DNA of 64,000 bases, taken from the NCBI GenBank assembly GCA_047495785.1, contig JBLDXI010000032.1, positions 2,914,001-2,978,000 on the forward strand, read 5' to 3'. Shown here piece after piece: positions 1 to 13,000 of this stretch. Below the pieces are notes generated by a model. The model was not told the DNA's origin, ran no database searches, and saw only the letters and a list, made by a program, of their open reading frames with translations. The position numbers were made by a program, and so were the translations under genes. The number at the start of each line of letters is the position of its first letter. The first letter of the stretch is position 1. This DNA comes from Lepidodermella squamata. Lineage: Eukaryota > Animalia > Gastrotricha.

Positions 1-598
1 ATAAGTGAGTCGTCGACGTAGATGTTCGTAATTCCAAAGAATATTATATTTAGAATTAAAATTCCGAGGAAAAATTTCCAAGCACTCGATGCCGAGCGAG
101 TACTACTTGTATCGACACAATCTTCCATTAGCTTCAAAGTAATATTTCATAAAAAAAAATAACAACTCTCAGAATTTTCGCCCACACGAAATATAGTAGC
201 GTAAGCAAAAAAATACAATCGCAAAAACATACAATTTCAGGTTTCAGGACTTCATTTCGCGTGAAATGCGCGATTATTCCTTATTCCTGCCCCCGCACGT
301 AGTTTTACTTAATCTGGATGAAACTCGTTGTCGGAACCGACCAAGCAAGCCACAGAACCTAGGTTTGACCAACTGGCAGCCAATACGAATTGAAATACGC
401 ATTTTACTTTGAGGTATAGCCATTATGAGATTTTGCTGCGGAGTTGTCAAAATATCTTCTGTGTAATTAAGCTTTATTTCAGAGTGAACTCAGAGTTAGT
501 GTCAAGTGTTGCCTACTTAAAGCATCTGAAAATATTTAGATTTCAGAGATACCAAAAATTTCTGGCAATAAATGTTTTAACAGATTTTCACTTTTCAC

Positions 599-2614
599 TT
601 ATTTTCGGCCACATGTCATGCCGGATAATAAGCATTGCTGCATCATAGGGCAGTATGTGGCTGTTCCCTTGCAAGCTGTGCAATTCTGCTCCTCCTCTCC
701 ATAGCGACAGTCTTGGATGCCATCGCACACCTTCTCATCAGGGATGCATCGCCCGCTAGGGCATCGATATTCAGAACCAGTGCAAGGCCGGCAAATTTCA
801 TCGGATTTGTCATTTTCACCGCAATCCTAAAGTGTTTGAAAAAATATAAAAAATGAGCGAATTGCTCTCCTGTTTTCAACTTACGATATCTCCATCGCAT
901 ACGTATCTATTGGAATATTTTGGATTTACTTAGAATATCGTAGTAAGTCTGGAAAACTCACGATTGTGGAATGCATGTAGGACTGTTCAGACACTTGAAA
1001 GGTCGATCAGCAGGGCATTTCGAGCATTGTTGGTCGTCGCCAAATGGGCAGTCGTTAGTTCTATCGCAAACTGCCGAAGGAGGCACGCAAAGGGTGGAGT
1101 TCATGCACTTGTAATAGCCTTCAATGGGGCACTGAAAAATAAATGGTTTGGGGGAAAGTCTCACATGAAAGTTGGTATTACAGTTGTGCAGTTTGACTCA
1201 TCCCAGCCGTTATCGCAATCATTTTCACCGTCGCAAAACGAAGAGGAGCTGAGGCACAACCCGGTGTCAGGGCATTTAACTTGATCGAAAGCACAGGTGC
1301 AGTTTTGCAGCTCATCGTTCGGACAATTTCTCGTGCCGTCGCAAACTCTGTAACTCGACAAGCAAATGCCATCACTGCAGCGGAATTTATCCGCTGGGCA
1401 GGGTGTGTCCTGGCAGTTCTTTTCATCAGAGCCATCCGCACAGTCTTTGTAGCCGTCGCATCGATTAGTAAGAGGATCAATGCATTTCGTTGAATTCGGG
1501 CAATTGAAAGTTTTAACGTCAAGGCCCCGGCACGAAGTACTGCAGTCGACTTCGTCATCTCCAGATGGGCAATCAGCTGTTCCGTCGCACTGGTACCTAA
1601 GAAACATAAGACTTCAGCTGATAGATTTCATGGTCGGAAATCGAGAGCAAACCCTGCAGGGACGCATTTTGTCGTCCCTTTGCATAGGTAAGAGCGATCT
1701 GCAGGACATTCCGTCGAGCATTTGCTCTCCTCTGATCCGTCGTCGCAGTCTTTGTCGCCGTCGCAAATTTCGCTCGAAGAACTCAGGCATACTCCATCGC
1801 TGGCACATTTGAACGTGAGGCATGGGCAGTTCTCTTCGTCATTCGAGCATTGCTTGATCCCATCGCATCGCCGGCTTATCGAGAGACACTTGCCATCAGA
1901 GCACTTGAACTTTGAATCACCTTCACAGGGTACATTCGCGCAGTTTCCCTCGTCGGATCCATCGCCGCAATCATCGTCTCCATCGCAAACGAAGTCCTTT
2001 TTGATGCAGAAGCCACCTTTGCTGCACAAAAATGCGTCAGACGAGCATGCTGTTGGTCATACGAGATAAAGTAGGTTAAACGCATTTAATTGCTGTGGCC
2101 TGACCTGTGCAATTAAGCTCATCAGCTCTGTCGGGGCAGTCGTTGTTAATATCACAGCGCTGGGTCATATTGATACACTTCGTAATCGAGCAGCGCATCT
2201 GGTCGGCGCGACAGGGCGGGCAGTTCTCCTCGTCGCTATTATCGCCGCAATCGTCGTTGCCGTCGCACCGGTAGCTAGATATAAACAAACTATTTAACGC
2301 ATCTAATCAATCGTGAGGTAACTCACTCTTTGCTCTTGCAAATGGAGTTGGCGCATCTGAAACTGTCATCCTTGCACGTGCAGTTCTTCTCGTCAGCGAA
2401 GTCAGAGCAATCTTTGTAGCCATCGCAGATGTCGCTCGCCTGAATTTTCTTTCCGTCCGAGCACAGAAATGCGCCATCGCTGGTCTGTGGTTTAACAGGT
2501 AACAGGAGGGAACATTTGGTATTGAAGGATACGCACCTCTTTCAACTGCCCCTCGACGATACATGTTAACAGGGCAGCAGCAGCCAACAAGCGGCAAAAC
2601 TCGATTAAAGCCAT
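599..2614 (-). CDS. Secreted multi-exon protein made of ~13 LDL-receptor class A (LDLa) repeats
   Basis: Signal-peptide-like start [22 protein letters not shown]. Repeated C-x-F-x-C-x-G-x-C-I-x-CDG-x-DC-x-x-SDE-x-C modules run across ORFs 2076-2288, 1628-2029, 1161-1607 and 958-1164, joined by short GT-AG introns including a 22-nt micro-exon (885-906). Ends ...CGRK* with no TM segment. Confidence 0.85.
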
Positions 2615-4875
2615 GTTATTTTTCCAACCCGAAAACTGCGTAATGAAAGAAAGGTATCTCGAAAAGCCCCTTGTTGCAGGCTGCTCATCACGCCGGTGTG
2701 GAATGTTCACAAATATTCATCCAATTTATGAAAAAAAGAGTTGCAAACGACGAAAGGGCACGTAAAAGTTTTTGCGATCATGCGTTTTTCTGAACCTCAT
2801 CCACGCCTACCTAAACTAACCCCTCGAAAAAACATCAAAATAAGCAGGTCACTGCTGTTTTTAGCAGAAGGGCTTTTTCTTATTTTTAGGCAGAATGTCG
2901 CACCAAACTATATTGCTTGCTATTTAATCATAGCACCTTATCTGTAGTGTAGGCGCAGGTAACTCATCAGAAATTCTCGCATTAAAAATCAAACCACTGG
3001 CGTGGTGGTTTCATCCTTGCATTGAACAGAATTCACCAGGTGAATCCGAGGTGAACGAATCGAACTCGCCAAAACTCGCCGTCAAACTGCATCAAGCTCC
3101 CAGATCGAATCGCCTATCACTAACCTAAACCACTAACGCTTGACATTGTGCCGAAAGTTCTTATCATGTCTGCAGATCCAATCCCAGTCAGCTAAATTAG
3201 ATGCCGGTGTAACAGTTTATTTTTATCTTACCTGAAACATTACCTCCCCAGTTAAAATTTCCGGGGAAAATTGACTTTCCAATTAAAAAATACCATACGC
3301 AAAAGGCCAGCTGATTTCAGGCGATCTTTCGAGCATCCTAATTTCTGTGTCAGGTGTCTTCAGCTTTGGAATTTGGAATATATTCTAAATTACTCCCATG
3401 AATGTCCCTAAGATTCTCTCTCACTTATATTATCACCGAAAAAATCTAGTTTAAAAAAGGTTGTAGAGGCTCAGCTTTCAGATCTGAATTCAGCTTTTCC
3501 AGTTTTTCCTCGCGACAGTTTTTGCAGCGCACTCCGCCTGCATAAGTCTGGGCGGATAGGCCGAATTCAGCCAGTTTTTGTATAGCCTTTTGCGTATGGC
3601 ATTTATTAATTGGGAAGTCGTTTTTCATTTCCATTTCGAAAAAATTTACACAGAGGTCAACGAGACTATGGCGGCATGGTGGTATTTTTTGTTGGATCAA
3701 AAAAATGATCGTCAGAAACCAATGAAATTTTATGTTGAAATAAATCGAAATTTCAATCTCACGTTGACAATTTTCAAATTGAAAGTATGTCCTGGCCATG
3801 CAAGATAACGGTGTCCTGGTCTCAGATCCTTGTAGCCAACGTCGAAGAGCAATATTCCTCAAAAGGGCTCAAAAAGGCGATCTAGAATTCATCAACTTCA
3901 ATTTTCTGCGAATTTTCAAAGTCGAAATTCCGAAATCGTCCTTCCCGCCGTGAAAGGGTTAACAATTGGTAAATGTTCGCATTTTCAAAGCCAGTGTCGC
4001 ATTACTTCGGTTAAATGAAAAACTCAAGCTATTTATTTGTTAATAAAATGATCTGTTTGTGGTGGCTGGTTTCACTAGTCCTTTCCGGGCATTGTGATTC
4101 CTACTCCAGATGCAGTTTTAAGGTTCAAATTATGCACAAATAAATGCAAAATCCAAATTTTTCTGGTCACTACGCTCGCACGAATATAGACTACCTGTTC
4201 TGATTCGCTTCAAGCATCTGTGAAACCATACTTTTACTGTGAAACAGCTTTAACCCAAAATGGCTACTTCTGTGAAACATAAATCGCGGGGCACAGGATT
4301 GTAAATATTTCTGTAAATATTGCGGTTGAACGGCGATTTCCTCGGTAAAAAAGGTTGTAAGAGCTGTCTTTCGAATCAGTTTTAGGCTATTTCCAGCACA
4401 AATTTCAGCGAAAAAAATGAAAAATATGTAAACTCGCTTAGCTCGCACATTTTGAAATCTCAGCTTCAGCACTCATCTTCAATAGCTGGGGAAAATGCAT
4501 AGAATTTTCGGGATATTTATGCAAAAATAGTACTAGTTTACAGAAAAATCCAGCTACATAACATGCAATGCGCGGATGGGTTCGAATACTGCAATTTTCT
4601 ATTAAAAACACTGAAATACACCCTTAAAAATCTGTTTTGTTAACTGTTAACTGTTTTGGAAAAAACAACTAGCAAACCGAAATCCTGGCTGCGCCCCGGA
4701 CTTTTTTATAACTTTTTCACAGTTAACATTAGACACTCTAAAGTTCTCATCAAACTGACGCCGAAAAATCTCCGCTATTAAAAAATCGTCAGTTATATCC
4801 ACACCATTATGAACGAGAAGAGGAAATTGCTTGCTTATTCAAAAGCTTCATTTAAGAATTAGTGAAGGCAAACAT

Positions 4876-6161
4876 CACTCTAAGACCTGACACGGTTTTC
4901 GCCTATATTAGAAACCTAGTCCGTAACCCGTGTCATTTTTCGCACGAGACCCGTTATGTAAGGTGAGACTATCTGAACCGGGACGCCCGGCTTTCGACCC
5001 GGCTGTGGCGTATCGCCATACGTAACGGGTCTCGTGCGAAAAATGACACGGGTTTGCCCCGGCTTTGGCCAGACCCGGTTTTGGTTCCACCATTCCGGTT
5101 TTCACCCCGATTTTCGTATCCTTTCATCCTTTTCATCTTTTTATCATTTCCAACTTGGAACTTATACGCCAATAAGCCGCGGTCAACAAGTGCAAGTCTT
5201 TAGTTAGACGGAGAGCCAGAGTAACGCAGAGCTACGTAAAACAAGTGGAAACAAGAGAAAAGCTTTGGAGAGAAAAACTGCTTAGGTTTGATGCGCGGGT
5301 GGGAGAGCTATTCGGTTCGATTAAAACAAAATTATGAATACCTCTTGTAAAATACAAATAAATTAGACAATAAGCATTGAATAAAAACGATTTGTGGAGA
5401 ACTTTTCTCAATTAGAAAGGCGTTTAGGCCCTCTCGCAGCCATCCATCGCAGACTAATACAAGCAAAACAAGACAAATTAGGCACAAAATGATTAGTTGA
5501 AGGTTGAAATTAGGTTGAATTCAGGTAGAGTTGCCCCATTGACGGCTGAGAATTTTCGAAAGAGATGAGCATCTAAGAAAGCGATTGTTTGCTAAAATTA
5601 AATTCTAAAAGTCTATATAATACCTATTAGCCTAGACTGAGGAAAATTGAGTCGCCCAAGTTCTGAAAGCATCAAATTCCTACCTACGTGCATGGGCTCT
5701 CACCTTAATCATCACAAATAAAACTCATAAGTCGAAAAAAATGCAAGTCAGTTAATCTCTCGTCGAGGTCCGATATAATTTGAATTTTTGAAAAACCGGA
5801 CCTCGCCGAGGGAATAGTCGACGGCACCCCGGGTTACTACCCGGATTTATCGCGCGCGTAATCCCCACTTAGTGGGGAGAGTCACTGGTTACAGCCGCAT
5901 CCCGGTTCATGTTCCAGGTTTTCCCGGTTCGACTAAATTTGAATGAAAAGGCCAAGCCGGGCCGGAAACCGGCTCACGCTAGTATCGGTTCTCGGGCTAG
6001 GCTTTCCAATATTGTATCGGGTTTGCACTGGTTTTTGGATTGGTTTGCCGTTGCGAGACCCGCTACTTCTGGCGTAACGATTCGAGGACTAGGTTTTCTA
6101 ACATTGTCCCGGGCTTCGCTCGGCTTTCGTAAAAACGAAAACCATGTAAAGTTTTAGAGTG
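4876..6161. mobile_element. Non-autonomous CACTA/EnSpm-like TIR element
   Basis: Left end CACTCTAAGACC..ACGGTTTTCG and right end CGAAAACCATG..TTTTAGAGTG are imperfect inverted repeats. AT flanks both sides (4874-4875, 6162-6163), consistent with a 2-bp TSD. Subterminal CCGG/CCCG-rich short repeats, no ORF. Confidence 0.65.
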
Positions 6162-6675
6162 ATCTTTGACGGATTATTCACCGAAGCCAATTTCTCCTCG
6201 AATTTCAGCCTTGCTGATTTCACTGACTTCAAATATTCCCGCTCTACTTTTTATAAGCATCACGAGAAATATATCCATCACAAAATAACCTGAACTTCCT
6301 GTTTTTGACGTTCGCCAGATGCCGCACTGACCTATCATGCCTATGTACATAGCCCAGCTTATGGGGTGCGAAGGAAGATCTTTTGGGAGAAAACCTCGTT
6401 ATTCGTTAAGAACCGCGCGTACATGAGATCGACATTGCATCCGTAGAAAGCCCTATCCCAATCAATCGATGATATACAAGTATTAAAAGAATGGAAATCC
6501 GTCTCCGCAATCTCGAAGACTCGATTTAGTTTATTCTCACAGACATTTGCAGAAGAGAAAATACTGCAAAATGTTAAAGAATAACTAAAAATGTCAGCAG
6601 TGACTCAACGGCGCCTCAATACTCAGGCTTTGAACCACCCCAGACTCAATACTCAGGTTTTGAACCACCCCAGAC

Positions 6676-7165
6676 GACGAAGTTGTTTCAAATGAAACCT
6701 TTATTCACTGGAATGGTCCGAATCCTGCAAACGAAAAATCAACAGCATACATAGAATCAGCTTTGAACCATCACTTCAAAGGGAAGGCGTGGCACTTATT
6801 CAAGAACCGGTCGGAAGAAAGACGGCTGAAATTGCATCGCGTCAGCAAAGTTGTTGATCGACTTGCCAAGCAGAAGGGCAAAATCGATAATTTTAATCTC
6901 TCTTGTTTTCACATTTTTCATCAAATAAACTGTGTGAAATGCTCGATCCTTTCCCGCGTGTAATTTATATTCTTAATTGTTCCCATTGTAACGCTGAATT
7001 CCTATACTTATTCCGGTTAATTTCAGTTTGGGAAACTCCATACCTAATCTTCACACAAGCTTCCCAAAGGAGGCTTCCCGAAGGTTCCCACGATTTGTGA
7101 AGTGATCAACGCCAGCTGAAACTAGTTTCCCGATTAAAAAGAATATTTTCCTAAATCTTCCCGAT
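6676..7165 (+). mobile_element. 3' remnant of a DNA transposon (hAT-like C-terminus), copy 1
   Basis: Near-identical to 11940-12430 and 38863-39335. Encodes ...FIHWNGPNP...RLKLHRVSKVVDRL. TTCCC-rich subterminal repeats. Confidence 0.5.
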
Positions 7166-7758
7166 GGATCTTCCCGAATATGGAATATGGTCGGGTGGCT
7201 ACTTCACCTCAATTTATCTCAAAACACACCCCCTTCGATTTTCTCGAAAAAAATAGGGCAAGTAGATCTCACCTTCAACTCAACGCTTGTCAAACCAGAA
7301 TTTCCGGCCAGGGAATGGTTGTTGGTAGAAAAATTCTGAAAGAAGCACGTTTCTGCGCAGTGATTATTATTGCTTTTTCTAGCTTAGTGCAAAAAATCGC
7401 CTGATGAATCACGCCGTCAACTGCAATAATAATGATTCACGCCACCAAAAAAAACTAGCAAGTGCTGAGATGTCGCCTTATTACTTGGAATTCATTATTA
7501 CATCATTATTACATCATTCCGAGTTGAATTTTACAACATGGTTGAATCCCTTGTCGCGGCGTTTCACAGCATACTGATGACTCTCATTTTCGTCAACGAC
7601 CGTTTTCCTCCCTATATGTACATGTTTACAGACATTCGCGTCAGATTTTCTCCATATCGTGATATGATTTAATATGATTTAGTATTAATAGAATTTAGCA
7701 TTGCCTACACATGGTATATATTCCGCCTTCTTTTTCGTAACTATATATTTTGAAAAAA

Positions 7759-8706
7759 ATGATTACTTCTAAAATGTGTTTCATCGCTTCGGCGATCCTA
7801 GCTATTATTGCTGCTACAGATGCATTGCGATGCTATTCAGGACTGTCAAGAACTTCGAGCCTGCCTTATGGTTCTTCTTCCTCCACTTTCCCGTCAACTG
7901 GTTTCCTGTGTGCAAAGACCTTCGTTCAAATCGATATTCAAGGATCGTTCGGGTTGAGAATGTCAACAATTTCCTACGTTTGGAACGCAACTGACGTCAG
8001 CCTCATACCAAACGCGCCAGATTGTGATGGAATTTACGAGAATTCAGTTGCAACTAGCGAAGCCGGCACTGTTGTAAAGGCCTACACGCGAACATGCGTC
8101 TGCTGTGGGGATAACTGCAACGACGCGCGAATGGACCAGCGCTGCAACGACCCACCGGTGTTCACGCATCAATGTAAGAGTTACGTATCAACTGGCGCCT
8201 CGATGTCGCCAAATTTGCCGTCCTACAGCGCGATTGATGTCGGCTGTACAAAGACACAGCTTTGCATCAAGGCCTACGGCGATGTTTCTGCGAATTTCAG
8301 CGGAATTTCAGCCTCAAGGGGACCTGCCTCATCTTACGTGTGGGGTTGTAGCACGCTGGGCAATATTACCTGTGGGACGAATATTGCGAAGCGGGCAGAC
8401 AGCCGTGGCTATGAGTCACAAACTACTTGCACGTGCTGCGGTAATTTGTGCAATGACGCGCGAATGGACTCGGCACTTGCAAACAAGGTAGACTGCGGAA
8501 CTACAACCACCACTACAACGGCAACTACAACGACAACCACCACTACAACGGCAACTACAACCACAGCTACCAAAACAACTTCTGTGAAAGCATCTGCTGC
8601 AACATCACCTACGTTAGATCGAGCTGCAAAATCTTCTTCGTCCCATGTATCAGGGTCGTTAATTGCAGCAGCTCTTCTGAATTTGTCTATTCGATTCGGA
8701 ATTTGA
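7759..8706 (+). CDS. Intronless GPI-anchored protein with two Ly6/uPAR (three-finger)-like domains and a Thr-rich stalk, copy 1
   Basis: Signal peptide followed by LRCY. Two Cys-rich domains end in CCGDNCN and CCGNLCN. Poly-Thr mucin-like stalk and hydrophobic GPI-type tail. First ATG at 7759. Confidence 0.8.
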   Translation: MITSKMCFIASAILAIIAATDALRCYSGLSRTSSLPYGSSSSTFPSTGFLCAKTFVQIDIQGSFGLRMSTISYVWNATDVSLIPNAPDCDGIYENSVATSEAGTVVKAYTRTCVCCGDNCNDARMDQRCNDPPVFTHQCKSYVSTGASMSPNLPSYSAIDVGCTKTQLCIKAYGDVSANFSGISASRGPASSYVWGCSTLGNITCGTNIAKRADSRGYESQTTCTCCGNLCNDARMDSALANKVDCGTTTTTTTATTTTTTTTTATTTTATKTTSVKASAATSPTLDRAAKSSSSHVSGSLIAAALLNLSIRFGI

Positions 8707-9241
8707 AAATACATAACACCATGGAAATAAATATATTCTCTTGATTTTTTTATCACTATCATTCATAAACATGGTCTATCGAACCATCGCTAAATTGAAA
8801 GTATGACCTGGTATGAAGTAAGCGATGACATTAATGAAAAGTGTTCATGTTTATTGTTTAAATATTGTCTCTACATGTCGCTCTGCTATGCATTTTTCTG
8901 ATCATTGGCATTCGTCTCCTTCGGTTTAAACTCTTGCCAGCATTTGTGTAAATTTTGATGAAAGTCCCGTGCATGTTTCGATCAAAATACTCAGTCTTAA
9001 TTTTTCATTTCGCTATCATGGCGATTTTCTTGATTGGAGAGCAATGAAGCTAAAACCGTTCATCTAATTAAATAATAACTGTTGAATTTCGAATCTGTTC
9101 AACTTGAGGCCACTTTGAATATCCATCATTTTTAGGAACAGGGTCCGGCAATAATCCTTCTTGTGCGCAATTATGAGTTGTAGTCGCATGAATCCCATGA
9201 TTCTGCGATTTTAATGTTTGATTATCTCAATGCGTTTTCAA

Positions 9242-9290
9242 TACCGTAATTTTCAGTATAAAGGCCGCTACCCGAATAAAGGCCGCACCT
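9242..9290 (+). mobile_element. Possible Tc1/mariner-pogo MITE terminus
   Basis: TA-CCGTAATTTTCAGTATAAAGGCCGC followed by a repeated TAAAGGCCGC. The partner end was not found. Confidence 0.3.
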
Positions 9291-9919
9291 GATGCAATTG
9301 TAGAAAGTCCAACAACAGAATCAGTCACAACAAAACTACAAAATATTATTATTGACTATGGTTGTGTGGCTTTTCTGGCGTAAAAATGTGCGTTGGCAGC
9401 TTCGCGACACGCCTTTGCAGACTGCGCGTCGTGAACGACCGAGGGCATTTCATTTCACAGATGTGGGCCTCTGTAAGACAGGCTTAGCTGGCCGCGCTCG
9501 GTCGTGAAAGTTGGTTTGAGCATTGGCTCGAAATTGCGACAGTTATAGCCGTGGCTGCGATCGTTCAGTTTGAACATTGACTTGAAGTCGTCCGGCGCCA
9601 TCTCGTGCAGGCTCTTCCATATGAATGTGCTTAGGTGTAACGCATGTTTCTGGTTGACAGAAAGCCATCCGAGTCGATGCCGAAGCGGAGCCGCATCCGC
9701 AAAAGGATGAGCGCCGTAGATGATTTTGATGGCTCGATCTTGAGACGATTGCAGAGCTTGTCGCGGGTCGATTTTGAGGCTTGCCCAAGGGTAATGCCCC
9801 CATAATTCAGGTGGCTGACAACGAGACTGACAACGAAGTCGACAGGAAAAATCCTATATACTTAGCAGTCGACAGGAAAAATCCTATATACTTAGCGGGT
9901 TTCATTAGCCCAGCGGCGA

Positions 9920-10290
9920 GATGGACCTTCTGTGTTGCCAAGCAGCGCTCAAATGTACGAGCCAGCGGTGAGGTGATCGAAATTGGCCTGAAATTGCAAA
10001 GCTCAGCTTTAGAACCGGACTTATGCAACGGAGTAACGATGGCCGTTTTCCAATCGTCGATGAATACGCCATCTCGAATAGCCAAGTTGAAGAGCACTGT
10101 GAGGTGCCGAGCGATCGAAGGCTTGGCCATCTTGACGATGCATTCGGGAATGCCGTCATATCCTGTCGTCTTAGCTTATAGCTTATCTATCGCCGCTTCG
10201 ACGTCGGCGACCGATACAGAACGAAACGTAAACGGTGTTGAGCTGCGCTTGCGCCTACCGAAGTTCAAACAACCTCCGAGACTTTCTTGC
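9920..10290 (-). pseudogene. Non-LTR retrotransposon (CR1/L2/Jockey-type) reverse transcriptase fragment
   Basis: KTTGYDGIP...LTVLFNLAIRDGVFIDDWKTAIVTPLHKSG...NFRPISITSPLARTFER is the conserved pre-RT/RT domain-0/1 signature. Truncated, with an adjacent 30-bp tandem duplication at 9838-9897. Confidence 0.85.
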
Positions 10291-10291
10291 A

Positions 10292-12430
10292 CGATTTTGC
10301 CTGCTTGCGAGAAGATCACTCTGATGATAATCATGTGACTGGGCAATTTTCCTCTCCATTCATTTTTTCAGTTATTTCACGTTAATTTCAAGTTTTGAGA
10401 ATAAGTTTAAACTAATTTTTAGTTGAATGGATATAAGTAGCTTCGAGATGCAGGAAAACTGATAAGTACAAATTCCACGAAATTTCAAACGGTACCGTTG
10501 ACAACCTGATAAGCTGATGAGTTGTATTCAACATCGCGATGATCAAATCAGGCGGGCCCGATTGCAGAGCAGTGCTGACGGAGATGGTGGCGGAGGCTAA
10601 CGAAGCTGGCCAAATCTTTGCACAGGATAAATTGATGCGTCAGTATTCCAGTTCTATTTGGCGCGAGCGAGTTCGAGGTCTTCCAGCTGAGTGCAAAGAC
10701 CCAGTTCAAGTTTTTTTACAAGTTTATGAACGAGCCTACGTTGTACGAGGGTCTGGCTGATTTCATGGACTTTTGGATTTTCCTAAAAATTACACCTGGA
10801 GATAGATCACAATGAGATGAGAATTATGCATATTTTCTTGGAATTTTTGTATTCATAATTTTGAAATTTACCGTCCCGGCAAATGTCAAAAAATGTCAAT
10901 TTCGAAATTTTGCGACCGCTTTTGTCTAACAATAGCGCGGCTTCCCTATTTTGGGGCCCGACGAGCTGTGATTCATTTGAAAGCCAGCAAAAGTTGCTAT
11001 CAGTCGTATCATTTTCATTCATTTTGGAGGAGACAGTTCTCATAGAAATGAGAGAAAAAATTACCTTTTTTAATGCTTTGGTCTAGCCACGCGTTGCTTT
11101 AATAAAAGCACGTTTTTGTTTACTTAGCGGATGGTGACCTTTGCATCGCGAGATTTTGACAACATTTCGATGCTTGGAGCGATGATTTTTTACTGATTTT
11201 CTAGGAATTTTCAAAATATCACCAAGCGGAATTGGCATTATATTTAATGAAAAGCCCAACTACAATCTTTTTCCAGCTACGCCATGTGGGTGTGGCGCAC
11301 GTGCTGTCAACAAAGATTCCAACTCCAAACCTCCAGTTTTTGTGTAGCTGGAGGTTGAGATTTCGTCTCTAAAATTCCTGGAAAATCAGTAAAAAAACAT
11401 CGAAGTTCGCTCCAAGCATCGAAATGTTGACCACGATGGGGCCATTAAAAACCGCTTCAATTTCAATTTAAATGATCATGAAAATTATATTTATTTGTAA
11501 CTGTAAAACCATTTTTCGTCAATAACTCCAGCTAAATGCCTTTAAAAATTTCGAAAAAATAACCAACGTGTTCCTCGTGATTTCCTCTGTCTGGATCCAT
11601 CAACCAAAACCTTGGCAAAATCGAAACCGAACGCAAGTCAGGCTTAACGTAGTCTGGCTTATCGCAACTGTTTACATGTAAAACGCTAGTCCGCGGCACG
11701 AGCCAAGCAAAACGGTCCGGCTAAGCGCAGGTCCGGCTTATGATCGTCCGGCTTAACGCAAAACAACTGTATAAGTATTAAAAGAATGGAAATCCGTCTC
11801 CGCAATCTTGAAGACTCGATTTAAATTATTCTCACAGACATCTGCAGAAGAGAAAACACTGAAAATGTTAAAGGATAACAAAAAATGTCCGCAGTGACTC
11901 AACGGCGCCTCAATACTCAGGTTTTGAACCACCCCAGACGGCGAAGTTGTTTCAAATGAAACCTTTATTCACTGGAATGGTCCGAATCCTGCAAACGAAA
12001 AATCAACAGCATACATAGAATCAGCTTTGAACCATCACTTCAAAGGGAAGGCGTGGCACTTATTCAAGAACCGGTCGGAAGAAAGACGGCTGAAATTGCA
12101 TCGCGTCAGCAAAGTTGTTGATCGACTTGCCAAGCAGAAGGGCAAAATCGATAATTTTAATCTCTCTTGTTTTCACATTTTTCATCAAATAAACTGTGTG
12201 AAATGCTCGATCCTTTCCCGCGTGTAATTTATATTCTTAATTGTTCCCATTGTAACGCTGAATTCCTATACTTATTCCGGTTAATTTCAGTTTGGGAAAC
12301 TCCATACCTAATCTTCACACAAGCTTCCCAAAGGAGGCTTCCCGAAGGTTCCCACGATTTGTGAAGTGATCAACGCCAGCTGAAACTAGTTTCCCGATTA
12401 AAAAAAATATTTTCCCAAATCTTCCCGAAT
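10292..12430 (+). mobile_element. Interrupted hAT-like transposon remnant, copy 2, with nested MITEs
   Basis: 10292-10320 and 10539-10775 match 38495-38768, and 11940-12430 matches 38863-39335. Intervening DNA includes a fold-back and 15-bp GTCCGGCTTA-type repeats (11630-11760). Confidence 0.5.
11160..11429. repeat. Fold-back inverted repeat (MITE-like)
   Basis: CAACATTTCGATGCTTGGAGCGA (11160-11182) has its exact reverse complement at 11407-11429. Inner arms TTTTTTACTGATTTTCTAGGAATTTT and AAAATTCCTGGAAAATCAGTAAAAAA also pair. Confidence 0.75.
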
Positions 12431-12863
12431 ATTTGTGCTCAATGGAGAATTGGGAAAACGCGTTTCCCACGAATCTTAAGAACAGATAATCAATGTCTAA
12501 ACCTGAAACATGTCATTTTAGCTCATTTCCAAGTGCTGAGATGTCGCCTTATTACTTGGAATAATGTAATAATTATTCATCTTCCAACTTGGTAGATGAA
12601 TCATTATTACATCATTCCGATTTGAATTTGACAATATCGTTGGCAGCGCAGCAGAAGGAACCCCTAGACTTGTTTATATGACATCAGGCGATAAAAGTTA
12701 ATGCGGTCGAAAACAATTGCCCGATCCATATCCAAATGTTCAGGTATGAATACAGGTATGAATACATGAATACAGGTACATACTGGCAATACAGGTGCAA
12801 TAAAAATGCAGCAATTTAACGTCAACTAACATGCGGAAAGTATATTTTCCCTCCTATTATATA

Positions 12864-13000
12864 ATATACGGAAGACAAGAAGGGTATATGGGTTTATAAT
12901 CGCCTGAAGGATTATATTTCGGCCTGAGGCGCAGCCGAAGGACGAAATATCAGCCTGAAGGCGATATTAAACCCATATAACCTGATTGGCTTCCGTATAT
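12864..13000. repeat. Long imperfect palindrome (hairpin)
   Basis: TATACGGAAG..TATATGGGTTTA..ATCGCC..ATATTTCG [GAGGCGCAGCCGAAG] CGAAATAT..GGCGAT..TAAACCCATATA..CTTCCGTATA. Its right arm also pairs imperfectly with 13901-13943. Confidence 0.7.

Noticed and set aside
8499-8580. ACN-rich repeat as a non-coding microsatellite
   Set aside because: It is in frame and encodes the Thr-rich stalk of Ly6-like copy 1.
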